From Nitrospirota bacterium (GTDB lineage: Bacteria; Nitrospirota; Nitrospiria; Nitrospirales; Nitrospiraceae): a DNA stretch of 64,000 nt. The position numbers and the translations under genes were made by a program. The notes under the pieces were generated by a model. The model did no database searches. It had not been told where the DNA came from and worked only from the letters and a program-made list of their open reading frames with translations. Of the stretch, positions 21,575 through 32,964 are shown one piece after another. Each line of letters opens with the position of its first letter. Positions within the stretch are counted from its first letter, which is position 1. The stretch is from NCBI GenBank assembly GCA_963701855.1, contig CAVPBK010000009.1, positions 458,063 through 522,062 on the forward strand, in the 5' to 3' direction.

Positions 21575-22636
21575 TCAAAATAAGGCAGTCTGCTCAATCC
21601 CCGGCCTGCGAAACGTGGCAGGAACCGCTTTGTCATAAAAGGCTGATAACCCTGCCTTGCGTCTGGAAACCTCGAACAATTGTTCGATCATCGCCCAGTA
21701 GGGACCTACGCCACGGTGACGTTCGAAAAAGGCCCCCTCGCTGATTGACCCACCACGCACGTCCAGAATTCGATTCGTAATCTTGGTGATTCGATCTGGA
21801 AATGCCGCCGCCATTCGCTCCATGAATACCGACTCTACAGGGCCAGACAGACGCAACAGTGTCGCCATCGCCACAACCGCCCCGGCTTGTTTCGCTCTGG
21901 CCAACAAATCAGGCACATCTTCATCGTTGAGGCCAGGAATGATCGGAGACAGCGAGATGCCGGTGGGAATCCCGGCGTTTGCCAACGTCGCCATCGCCTC
22001 GAAACGTTTCTGGCTGGAGGGCGCATGAGGTTCGACTTTTCGCGCCACCTCATCGTCTGAAAACGGTATACTGAAATACACATGAACTGCCGCCTCCTGA
22101 TGCAACCGACGCAGCACGTCTAGATCGCGCAAGACCAACACCCCTTTCGTGATAATCCCGACCGGACTCCGATACTCAGCACAAACCTCCAAACAGGCCC
22201 GCGTCAATCCCAGCGAGGCTTCCAGTGGCTGATAACAATCGGTGTTCCCCGAGAACAGGATCAGTTCGCCCTTCCACGAAGGTTTCTCGAATGTCCGTCG
22301 AAGCAGAGTCGCGGCCTCTCGCTTCACGACAATCTTAGACTCGAAGTCAGTCCCAGCGCCGAATCCCCAATACTCATGCGTAGGTCTGGCATAGCAGTAG
22401 GCGCAGGCATGGAAGCAACCGCGATAGGGGTTGAGGCTCCATCGAAACGGCAAATCAGGGCTCTCGTTCCGACTGAGAATGTCACGGGTCGCATCTTCAA
22501 ATATCTGCACCTGCACATGGGGCGCAGGCTCCAAGAGATCTCGATGCTGTGATTCAAACGGATTAGGTGGATTCATCACCGTGCGCATCGGGGTATGGTC
22601 CTCGATCCTCCCGCTCTTGTCAACGGGACGAGCCAT
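21575..22636 (-). CDS. PA0069-family radical SAM protein
   Basis: NPYRGCFHACAYCYARPTHEY, SGNTDCYQP. Confidence 0.9.
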   Translation of the reverse strand: MARPVDKSGRIEDHTPMRTVMNPPNPFESQHRDLLEPAPHVQVQIFEDATRDILSRNESPDLPFRWSLNPYRGCFHACAYCYARPTHEYWGFGAGTDFESKIVVKREAATLLRRTFEKPSWKGELILFSGNTDCYQPLEASLGLTRACLEVCAEYRSPVGIITKGVLVLRDLDVLRRLHQEAAVHVYFSIPFSDDEVARKVEPHAPSSQKRFEAMATLANAGIPTGISLSPIIPGLNDEDVPDLLARAKQAGAVVAMATLLRLSGPVESVFMERMAAAFPDRITKITNRILDVRGGSISEGAFFERHRGVGPYWAMIEQLFEVSRRKAGLSAFYDKAVPATFRRPGIEQTALF

Positions 22637-22673
22637 GCATGCCAGGCGGGAATATCACCGTCCGATTGATTGA

Positions 22674-24023
<1,350 letters not shown>

Positions 24024-24090
24024 AATACTCAGAACATTATCCCGTCGCTAAGAGCAATCGTACAGACTCCGGGTCTGTCAAGCATGGTAT

Positions 24091-24129
24091 GGAGAGGTGA
24101 CGGGGTGGCCGAACGTGCCAGTCTTGAAA
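24091..24129 (+). other. 5' fragment of tRNA-Ser(TGA); attL-like core
   Basis: GGAGAGGTGACGGGGTGGCCGAACGTGCCAGTCTTGAAA matches 31869-31907 at 36/39 and ends in the anticodon loop. Confidence 0.85.
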
Positions 24130-24396
24130 CGGATTCTTGGCTCCCCCAGCCCATTGATTCCCCTGCCAGTGGCAGCTTTCCGTGAGACACAGGCGGCCGT
24201 GCGTCGCCACGTATCCGCAACTTCCGCAACCCAGCCGCAACCCGTAAACATCTGAATCGCCGCATCCAGGAAACCGCAAGCTGAAGAACTCGACCGAGGG
24301 GCGAGCCTCCCTGCGCACACGTAACGTTCACAGCCTGACACACAGCCCGGCCTCGTTTTTAGCACTACCTACGTTCTGAACGACGACGAAGCCAGT

Positions 24397-24792
24397 ATGC
24401 TCGAGGCGGCGCTGAAAGTAATGATTGCGCACTGCGAGCGTGAGTTGGCAGGCGGACCAAAAGCCCCATTGACCTCGGAGTTGGGTTGCGCGTGGCTGAT
24501 GGATGGGGCACGGCAGATGCGGAAACGTGTGCATCTCATAACAAGGGGCTATCGAGGGGAAGGCCCTATGACGAGCTACAGTATCTACTGTCACACATTA
24601 GCTCTGGATATCGATGAAGTGATGGTGCTCAAGGAGGCACTGGAAGTGATGCGTGAGCATTGCAGGCGTGAGTTGGGCGGCGGGCCACAGGCGCCATATA
24701 GCGCGTGGCTGGATTGCGCATCGCAGGTAGAAGATCGTCTCTTCCAAAATTATGAAATGACGAGCTGCACTATCTTTGGAAACAACACATAA
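24397..24792 (+). CDS. Hypothetical protein with internal duplication
   Basis: ALKVMIAHCERELAGGPKAP vs ALEVMREHCRRELGGGPQAP. Confidence 0.55.
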   Translation: MLEAALKVMIAHCERELAGGPKAPLTSELGCAWLMDGARQMRKRVHLITRGYRGEGPMTSYSIYCHTLALDIDEVMVLKEALEVMREHCRRELGGGPQAPYSAWLDCASQVEDRLFQNYEMTSCTIFGNNT

Positions 24793-24915
24793 ACCTGTCC
24801 CTATTACTTCAGACCGCTACGTGAGTTGGGGGCGCCATATTGTTCAAGTTCGACCGGCGAGGCTAGGTCGACTATGGGAAGGGGTTAAGGTAAACAGATC
24901 GGGTACCGAGACATA

Positions 24916-25200
24916 CTACTTGCGCTGTTTCCGCCACTCCCACGGTGCCACCGGCTGCGGCTCGGCCCACAGTCCCCGCCTTGTCTCTCGCGCTTCGTTC
25001 TCTAACCCTTCCAGCACCGTATCTCCTGGCGCATACTTCCGATACCCCAGCACCAGCCTTGCTTCACGAGTTCCTGATTGAGGCTCACGCCATCGGGCAG
25101 GAGCACATCGGCAAGGGTGTGCCCGAACTTGTCGATGCGGTGCGTTTGGAACGTGACTTTATTGCGGAAGGCGAGGTCAGAGGCGGCGTGCTTGGCGTTG
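24916..25200 (-). pseudogene. Thermonuclease (SNase) 3' fragment
   Basis: NAKHAASDLAF..DKFGHTLADVLLPDG..NQELVKQGWCW..GLWAEPQPVAPWEWRK with a frameshift. Confidence 0.75.
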
Positions 25201-25367
25201 GTCTCTTACACAACCCACTGGAGTTCGCGAGTGTAGCATGTTTCGAGTAAGACACTCGTCACAGCGATCTCACAGGCAGAACCGTAGGAGATGCGGGCCT
25301 CGACGTTCTCGACAGACACATCTGGAGAATGTTCCGTGAGCATCTAGTCCCACGACTCGGATGCGAG

Positions 25368-25718
25368 CTAATCGCCGCAGAATTGGTGCAGCCGACGTTC
25401 GTTCTCCATCGACATCCGCAGGAAGGCGACCCCTGCCCGGTCCTCTTCGACCCACTGTACTTGGACAAGCTCACATAGCACGGAGCCGGTCCCGTCGTTC
25501 AGATCCACTTTGAGCGTCAGGTACTGCCCACGTGTGAGGGGTTTTGTGAGGCGGAGTCCACCCCCTCGCGTCGTGACATCGATCACCTGCCCACTGACGA
25601 GTCCTATTTTATCTGCAGCGGTCATGGGGAGAGTCACCATCTTTCGCACATACCGCCGTAGATTCTTTCTTTGTTCGTGGCGATCCCGCTCGGACAACAT
25701 GGGTAATGTTTCCTCCAT
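25368..25718 (-). CDS. PilZ domain protein
   Basis: EQRKNLR (RxxxR), IDVTTRGG, VQVQW, AGVAF. Confidence 0.75.
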   Translation of the reverse strand: MEETLPMLSERDRHEQRKNLRRYVRKMVTLPMTAADKIGLVSGQVIDVTTRGGGLRLTKPLTRGQYLTLKVDLNDGTGSVLCELVQVQWVEEDRAGVAFLRMSMENERRLHQFCGD

Positions 25719-25929
25719 GCGAATTCTCTTTCATGCTAGGCATCCTATGATGCACGAAGAGATCAGCAACTCTCATGCCAAGAGGACACCGTTCATGAAG
25801 ATTCGCAAGTGCGTGAATTGTGATGGGGAAGATACTTAGGTGCAGGGCGTGTGTATGGGAATCAATACGGAGGAGAGAGAAACCATACAGTCGTGAGACT
25901 AGGCAGAGATCCCCCACCACATAGCGTCA

Positions 25930-26010
25930 CCAGGCCTGGCCCTTCTCAGGACAGTCGATCCCGCTGAGGCGGATGCGTTTCAGGGTGGCGGCAGATCACC
26001 AGTGCTGGAT
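25930..26010 (-). pseudogene. Thermonuclease internal fragment
   Basis: RIRLSGIDCPEKGQA. Confidence 0.7.
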
Positions 26011-26013
26011 CAC

Positions 26014-26550
26014 TTACTGTCTTGTCTTGCGAAGTTTTTCCTCTTCCTCTCTGGCCTTTTCCGCTCTAGCAAATTCTCCGGCCTGTTCTACCACTTTGAG
26101 ATAATCCTGGGCACGCTGGTGCATCGCCCGATCATATTCTCTGTCCCAGTTTTTCCACTGCTCCGCGGACCACGTTATGTGCTGCTCCGCGAGTTTGCGC
26201 TGCTGGATTTGCTTACTTAGCAGGTAGTCTTGTTGCAGTTTGGCCTGCCGTTCTTGACGCATTCTTGCGAAACCCTAATTCATGTTTGATAGTATTTCTT
26301 CACGATGAAGTTTCTGTAGTGCACCGGCGCTCGGCATTGGCTCATTCGGATGTTGTTGTCTCCATTCCTTCTCCCATCGTAGTCTTTGTTGCACTTGCGC
26401 CGATGTACCGTGTTCACGCTGGTCGCGTTCCAGCATTCCTCTCTGGTCTCTTTCATATGGAGTTTCAGCTTGTGCCATGGTGACCAAAAAGACTGATCCT
26501 GAGCCAGCTATGCCTATGGCTAGCGATAAAGTCAGTAATGTAGCCTTCAT
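26014..26550 (-). pseudogene. Exported coiled-coil protein split by an in-frame TAG
   Basis: ORFs 26275-26550 and 26014-26262 share a frame, separated by TAG at 26275-26277; N-terminal signal peptide. Confidence 0.65.
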
Positions 26551-27591
26551 TTTGAGTCTCCTACTAAGACGGACCAGCGTTGTACGTGACGGAGCACTGC
26601 ACCGGGAAGCGACGGAAGGGGCGAATCGAGAACGGCATGGGGGCCTCGCCCGCAGGGAAGCGTATTGTAGTAGGGTGGCTCATGGGGCACAAGAACTGAG
26701 GAGGATAGTGGTATTTATTCGCACAGGCAGGAGAGGGCAGAGAGAGCGAGAAATCGTCGGCCCTACATAGCAAACACAGTATAAATCTACTATAGACCAG
26801 CTCCCTGCGCTTATACCGCAAGGTAGAGGGTTAACGCATCAAGAGAATGATGAGACCGATGAGACTCCACAACGTGAGAGACAGGCGAATTCCATTGATA
26901 ATTCCCATTGTAGGAGCGAGAGCTTCAATCTCAACCTCCTCCTCCGTAATGTCCGGTACCAGGCTTAACTGAGGGGAGCGGGTCTTGGCTTTGGATGTTT
27001 GAAGTACAGCCAGGCTCTCATCGGCTAAGGCTAAATTTCCCCACGATGGCGGATGCTGCCGAGTTTCCCGTTTTCCTTTCGTGTGCAGTCGCGCATTTCC
27101 CTCTGAATCACCATTTGCCACGAACCCCCTGCAGCGTGAATATGGCATGATCGCCCTCCTTGGTGCAGGCTTAGAACCTTGTCCATTTATGATACCGCAA
27201 CAATGATACCGCGGCCATGGCCCCCCCAAGACCGAAAAGAGGTATCGCGGAAATATGTTCCTTTCCCAAGGGGATTCTTCAAGCCTTTGATGGATGGTTG
27301 TGAAATTCCCTTTTCTTTCCACACACGTAGCGCAGTTGGCGGGCATCTCTCTTTGTTGCTCGTCACTCCATTGTGATCAGTTTGCCGTTCTTCTTCACGA
27401 TAGAATACCCACCGGGTCCATGCTCCTACAGATTTTTTTGCACCCTGGAGACAAAAAAGAGCCTTGTTTGGTATGCAGGGGATCGGTTAGGGCAGCCGCA
27501 CCCTGACTTATTTAGGCCTATGATTCTGGTGCCGCTGAAAGCGACGCAGGCTGACTCCAACCGCGCCAACGCCAAGAAATAAGACTGTCCA

Positions 27592-28060
27592 CTATCGCTC
27601 TTTCCTCTTCCGCCACTCCCGCAGCGGCACCGACTTTGGATCGGCCCACAACCCTATCCTAGCCTCTCGCGCATCGTTCTCTAACCACTCCGCACCGTAT
27701 CTCCTGGTGCATACTTCCGATACCACCAGCACCAGCCTTCTTCGACGAGTGTGTGGTTGACGTGAGTGCTATCCAGCAGGAACACATCAGCCAGGGCGCG
27801 CCGGTACTTGTCCTGCCGTGAGTCTGGAAGATGACATCTTTCCCGAAAACTAACGCTGACGCAGCCTGCTTCGCTCGCTTGCCGTAAGCTTAGCCTTTCT
27901 CCTGGCAGTCGATCCCGCTGAAGCGGATGCGTTCAGCGTGGCCATTGTGCAGGACTTCGATGGTATCGCCGTCGAGGACGGAGACGACGGGGCCGGTGAA
28001 GTCAGCGAGCGCACCCAAGGGGTGGAGCAAGAACAGAAGTATACTGACTAGGTATCGCAT
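27592..28060 (-). pseudogene. Thermonuclease (SNase) pseudogene
   Basis: MRYLVSILL..VVSVLDGDTIEV..RIRFSGIDCQEKG*AYG..EGWCWWYRKYAP with stop and frameshifts. Confidence 0.8.
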
Positions 28061-28167
28061 CTGTCGCCTACTGCCTCACTTTCGCTTCGTCATAATCTGA
28101 TCCTTGACCTTGCTGATCTTTGACCTTGTCATAGGCACCAGGTGGGACATTCTGCTCTGCGCGAGAT

Positions 28168-28467
28168 CTAGAACCATTGGATGCAAGGCAGGACAAAGAG
28201 ATGAAGGGGAAGTGGCACTTTGCCCTCTCCGGTGAGCTTCCGTTGCCAATTATGAGTGCGTTCCCGGAAGCCACTGAGTTCCTCATCTTGAATTCCTGCA
28301 AATAGCATCGTATTAATACCGCCCCCGTAAATTGCGTCAAGATCATGCCCCGTCTCGCCTTTCCCGTGGGCCTTATCCACAAACGTGAAGGAGAGGTGTT
28401 CTGCCTCCAGCCACTTACGCACTTCGTCTTCCAGTGATGAGCGAAACGTCATAATGATCATCTGCAT
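28168..28467 (-). CDS. P-II-like (PG0541-type) small protein
   Basis: FTFVDKAHGKGETG..GGGINTMLF..LHLFVLPCIQWF; GGAGG upstream. Confidence 0.65.
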   Translation of the reverse strand: MQMIIMTFRSSLEDEVRKWLEAEHLSFTFVDKAHGKGETGHDLDAIYGGGINTMLFAGIQDEELSGFRERTHNWQRKLTGEGKVPLPLHLFVLPCIQWF

Positions 28468-28559
28468 GAGATGTCCCTCCCTTGTTAGTGCATCGTCCCC
28501 ATTCACCACCCGCTGCCCCATTTCAATGATTCCGCCTCACCGGTTCGAGCAGCACCTTA

Positions 28560-29003
28560 TCATTTTTTGCTGCAGGCAAATGACCACACAGTATGACCAA
28601 CAGTTCTTGGTTCAATTGGTATCCAGTTCCCTTCGGCAGAATAACTGAAAACCACATTACCGTTTCCCATATTGCCGGACCACCACCTATACCCAAGCCT
28701 CCGCTGAAATGTCTCCCTGCAGTTGGCTTCCAATTGCACAGAGTCAGACAAATGCGCCACGCCCATCACTAATTGAAGAGTCTTGTAGTCGTACAAGATC
28801 CACAACTTCACCAGATTCCCATTGCGGCGAATAGTATCTGGATCGGCGTACACGTCATAACCGCCCTCCATTTTGGTGAGAAAAGTCGACACCCACTCCG
28901 CATACGCTAGGCCACTACCCAGCAATAGCAGGATAATCAGTGACCGGAAACCCAAAAAGTAACTCAACGGCAAGTGGCGGAACGGACGAATCGAGAAGAG
29001 CAT
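28560..29003 (-). CDS. Surface-adhesin E-like exported protein
   Basis: AYAEWV..YADPDTIRRNGNLVKLWILYDYKT..C..MGNG..W.P..C. Confidence 0.7.
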   Translation of the reverse strand: MLFSIRPFRHLPLSYFLGFRSLIILLLLGSGLAYAEWVSTFLTKMEGGYDVYADPDTIRRNGNLVKLWILYDYKTLQLVMGVAHLSDSVQLEANCRETFQRRLGYRWWSGNMGNGNVVFSYSAEGNWIPIEPRTVGHTVWSFACSKK

Positions 29004-29390
29004 AGAGGCCTCGCAGGGAGGCGTATTGTAGGAGAGAAGCGAAGGACGGCGCAAGGGAGAGTGGGACAATGGTTGTATTCCTGCTAGGCTCGACCATACC
29101 GAAAGGGATAGGGGAAGGCTGGGTGAACTAGTTTCGTCGTATTATTATGTGCTGCCACTGGGCGAGGCTGCTTTCACATGGCCCAGATCCTTTAGAATCT
29201 CAATGAGGTCCTGGACTTCGATTCATTGACGGAGCCGATCCAAGCGTATGCCGATTGGCTCTGCGCCTTGAAGAAAGACGACACCGCCGGTTCTCGTGGA
29301 ACCACGGTCCCGCTGCCACCCCTGCAGCCGGTCGTGGAGAAAAGAGCCGCGTGGCACGAGTATCCGAGCTGAGGAGCGCAAAGATTACGT

Positions 29391-29465
29391 TCAGCCGAAG
29401 ATCCATCGCGCCGCCGCATACGGTAGCGCGATCGACACGAGCATGAGGAATACGTCTTGTAACAT
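29391..29465 (-). CDS. Small hydrophobic peptide (24 aa)
   Basis: GGAGGT then MLQDVFLMLVSIALPYAAARWIFG*. Confidence 0.5.
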   Translation of the reverse strand: MLQDVFLMLVSIALPYAAARWIFG

Positions 29466-30016
29466 CGGGCACCTCCCCCAGTGAGATGAAGCGAGAACGA
29501 TACGCTCTCGGGGAACTTGCTCGCTGAGCAATTTTGATCAGATTGCGAAATTTGATGCGCGACCGCACCACCCACCCGTTAGGAGGAGAAAGATTATGGG
29601 AGTGATCGACAGACTAGGCCAGCCGCAGTTTGTTCAGCAGTTCATTGGCGCTCTGCACGATGACATCTCGGTCTTTCGAGGTGAGGGGCTCACGGGCCAA
29701 GAGGGCATGAATGAGCTCACAGGCGTTTACGAAATTCTTAGCCTCTTTTCCAATTGGAAGCTGAGAAATCATGAGGGACGCTCCTGGACAGAATTAGAGG
29801 AAACTGAGCAATGGGACAGGGTGAGGGACGCTATACCGGCTTCACGAGACTCAGCAGCTCAATGGCGCTGTATTCGATGATGTCTCGATCCTCAGGCGTG
29901 AGCGTGTGTCTGCGCTCAACAGGGCATTAATAGCTTCGCAAGCGCGGACGAAATCCGTAACTTCTTTCCCAATAAAAGGCATGGGGGCTCTCCTCTCCCG
30001 CTGGCAGGATACGGGT

Positions 30017-30283
30017 TTATTGGGCATGGCGAATTGACAGCGTGTGGCTTTGAGCGTTCACCTTCGCCTCAATATGATCTCCGGTTTGGATGTTTCCTCT
30101 CACCTGGGTGGTTTCGTCGGCATGCAAACTCACTTGATCACCGTCATATTGCCGGACGAAATAGGAATTGGGTTGAACGCGCAATACTTCGCCCTTGATG
30201 GTGTGGTTGCCATTCAGGTACAGACCAATGCCCAGCACGCACCCACACGAGATGACTCCGACCACTTTGGGAACCGAGACCAT
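30017..30283 (-). CDS. Small exported OB-fold-like protein, paralogue 1
   Basis: MVSVPKVVGVISCG..IKGEVLRV..GDHIEAKVN; GAGGAGG upstream. Confidence 0.75.
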   Translation of the reverse strand: MVSVPKVVGVISCGCVLGIGLYLNGNHTIKGEVLRVQPNSYFVRQYDGDQVSLHADETTQVRGNIQTGDHIEAKVNAQSHTLSIRHAQ

Positions 30284-30537
30284 GGCTGCCTCCTCGGTTA
30301 GAGTTACACGTATAGATGAAACAATGCGCTCCCGGAGTCCTGCGGGCTGACCAATTGTGACCAGATCGCGAAATATTCAGCCTGGTGCAGGAACCGGTCG
30401 TGCTTCCGGCGCTGACGCACGGCGAATCAATACCACTATGCAATGCCACAAGATGAGAACGATGACTAGCGGAGCGACCGGTGCGTTAGAAGCCCCATAT
30501 CGGCACCTCGACATGGGGAAGCGAAGATCACGGCGGA

Positions 30538-30615
30538 TCAGCCGAAGATCCACAGAAGGACCGCCGCAAACATGAGGCCGATCTGCGCCAGTGTAATGAA
30601 GAGGCCTCCTATCAT
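30538..30615 (-). CDS. Small hydrophobic peptide (25 aa)
   Basis: MIGGLFITLAQIGLMFAAVLLWIFG*; last 15 nt identical to those of 29391-29465. Confidence 0.4.
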   Translation of the reverse strand: MIGGLFITLAQIGLMFAAVLLWIFG

Positions 30616-30779
30616 GGCTGCACTATAATCTTGACGACGACGCCAGAGGCTCATGATGGGCTCGATCAGAAGTAAAGACACCCCATGGATTTTTGGAGGT
30701 TATAACGCACGGACTCACCTGAAAACTGTTCACAATTGACCACTTTCTATTTCGAGAAAATACACAGGAGGGCTGAGCG

Positions 30780-31847
30780 ATGGCACGACATGGCGTCGGA
30801 CTCTATCTACGAGGACAGACCTGGTATCTCGATTGTCGGTTGAATGGAGCGCGGCATGTGATCCGGCTCGGCAAGCATATCGCCCGACATGCGGCGAAGG
30901 AGATCGCTCAAGTCAAACGTGGGGCCATTCTCAAAGGCGAGGCGGGCATCGGGCGCAAGCGGAAGGATCTGAGTTTTGACGAAGCGCGAAAGAAGTTCGA
31001 AGCCTGGGCCGACGCCAGCAAGAAGCCTGGCACCGCACAGGCGTACAAGGAATGCCTGCGACGGTTGGCGGAATCGTTCAGCGGCAAGTCCCTGAGCGCC
31101 CTCTCCCCGTTTCTGGTCGAGAAGCACAAGCAAGCTCGGATTCAAGCGGGAGCCCGCGTGCGGGCGAACCGCGAGCTCGCTGTACTCAAGTCCCTGTTCA
31201 ATCGCTGCCGAGAGTGGAAACTCTTTGAGGACGACAACCCCGTTGAGAGCGTGAAGCTGCTCAAGGAGCCGCGTCAGCGTCTTCGCTTTCTCGAACCGGA
31301 GGAAGAGGATCGATTGCTTGCCGAATGCGCTGAGCCGTTGCGGTCCCTCATCCTGATCGGCACCAATTGCGGCCTTCGGCTCAAGAGCGAAGCGTTAACC
31401 CTCCGGTGGGATGATGTCGACGTGATGCACCGGACGCCGACCGTGGCCGCTGCCTATGCCAAGAGCGGGGCGAGTCGCACGGTGTCGCTCAACTCCGTGA
31501 TGCTGGCGACACTGAGCCGACTGCCGAAGCGCAGCGAATTTGTCTTTGCCAAGCCGAACGGAAAGCCGTATCATGCGATCCGAGGGTTTCGTGAGGCATG
31601 CCAACGGGCAGGGCTGACCGGCGTGACGCCACACAGTACCCGGCATACCTTCGCGACGCGCTTGGTGGAAAACGGGGTCGATCTCAGGACGGTGCAGGAA
31701 TTGGGTGGATGGGCCACGCTCTCGTTGATCCAGCGGTATGCGCACGTCTCCCCTTCTCGAAAGGTGGAAGCCGTGGAAGGACTCGTGAGGAATTCCACAA
31801 CGGGATTCACAACAGCGAAAAATTCACGAATCAGAGAAATCGCCTAA
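30780..31847 (+). CDS. Tyrosine recombinase/integrase
   Basis: GLR, K (YAKSG), HSTRH, LGGW, RYAH catalytic set; ends 21 nt before tRNA. Confidence 0.95.
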   Translation: MARHGVGLYLRGQTWYLDCRLNGARHVIRLGKHIARHAAKEIAQVKRGAILKGEAGIGRKRKDLSFDEARKKFEAWADASKKPGTAQAYKECLRRLAESFSGKSLSALSPFLVEKHKQARIQAGARVRANRELAVLKSLFNRCREWKLFEDDNPVESVKLLKEPRQRLRFLEPEEEDRLLAECAEPLRSLILIGTNCGLRLKSEALTLRWDDVDVMHRTPTVAAAYAKSGASRTVSLNSVMLATLSRLPKRSEFVFAKPNGKPYHAIRGFREACQRAGLTGVTPHSTRHTFATRLVENGVDLRTVQELGGWATLSLIQRYAHVSPSRKVEAVEGLVRNSTTGFTTAKNSRIREIA

Positions 31848-31868
31848 GCATTATGAAAGACTTGATGC

Positions 31869-31958
31869 GGAGGGGTGACGGAGCGGCCGAACGTGCCAGT
31901 CTTGAAAACTGGAGACCTCGCAAGGGGTCCGCGAGTTCAAATCTCGCCCCCTCCGCCA
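31869..31958 (+). tRNA. tRNA-Ser(TGA)
   Basis: GGAGGGG/CCCCTCC acceptor stem, CCAGT-CTTGAAA-ACTGG anticodon arm, long variable arm, GTTCAAA, CCA. Confidence 0.97.
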
Positions 31959-32300
31959 ACGACACGAATAAGTTCATTTCTTCAGTTTGCCTCCATCTCG
32001 AATTCAAGATACCTATACAATAGCAGAGTGCAAACGCATAGGTTACTACCCTGCCAAGAACTTACCTCCCAGTCTTTCCGTTGTGCATCTGGAAAATCCA
32101 TTTCTAAATACAAACCCTAGGTGTTCCCGGCATGTTCATTTTTCAGCATAAACCGCCTAAAGCTGCCTCACTCCACTTGAATAGAACCGATTGGACAAAC
32201 AAGCGCAAAGCCGCCCTATGAAAGGCATTAAACTCTTTTGGCAAGAGTTTGCGTGGAAGTACTGAACGGCTAAAAAGGCTGCTGCCCAACCCGGATCAGC

Positions 32301-32475
32301 TGTTGGTGCCACCGTGGTGCCGAACAACCATGACGCACCATAGTCTATGGTGGTAATGAATCACTCCTCACCCTCGCTATTATCGGCTGATTTGTCGTCT
32401 TAGGGTCTGCTGAGGTGGGTTTCCGACAGGACTCTTCATCAGCGGGCCGTAAGTTTGCCCCCTGTGCCTCCCATC
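32301..32475 (+). other. att-like scar: TGGTGCC x2 plus degenerate tRNA-Lys(CTT) 3' half
   Basis: Repeats at 32304 and 32315; GACTCTTCATCAGCGGGCCGTAAGTT..; homologous to 53239-53414. Confidence 0.65.
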
Positions 32476-32964
32476 GTCATGTTGCAGTAGCCTCCGGCAG
32501 TGGCCGACCGGCTAGCACCTGCGAGGCGCACCGCTCGCGCCACTAAGACCGCCACTCCTGCTGCTTGGTCGCCTCCGGCACGCCGACGATAGCCTCTGCC
32601 TCATTGTTCTGGCGCGTTTCCTGTGCAATGACCGCGTCCGGTCGTTGCCCACGAAGGTTGCCAACCAATCAGTGGGAACTGCTTGGACCCATTGGAACTA
32701 CAGCTGCGGGGCCGACCATCTCCGGGCAGGTAAGTAGAACAACTCCCGGCTGGTCAATCTCGAACAGCGCCTTCCCAGCTGGCGTTGTGGTGTTGGTACC
32801 CTGCTGGTCGATGAAGAGATCGTCAGTTGTTTAGGACCTACCTGAGTATCGTGTGAGCGGGGCACAACTCTAACCCAAAACTATGGCGAAAGCACTTTGC
32901 GTCGTATAGTATTAAAGACGTGGGGACATCATGCTGCATAAGTGAAAAGCAGGAGAAGAGCAGC

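Larger units (their letters stand above)
24091..31907. mobile_element. Integrative element A at tRNA-Ser(TGA), bounded by a 5'-half duplication
   Basis: Direct repeat of tRNA 5' half, integrase at right end, CCGCAAC/YCACAAC repeats inside both ends. Confidence 0.75.

Noticed and set aside
32755..32830. Resolvase-like fragment LFIDQQGTNTTTPAGKALF (- strand)
   Set aside because: Too short to call as a feature; at most a remnant
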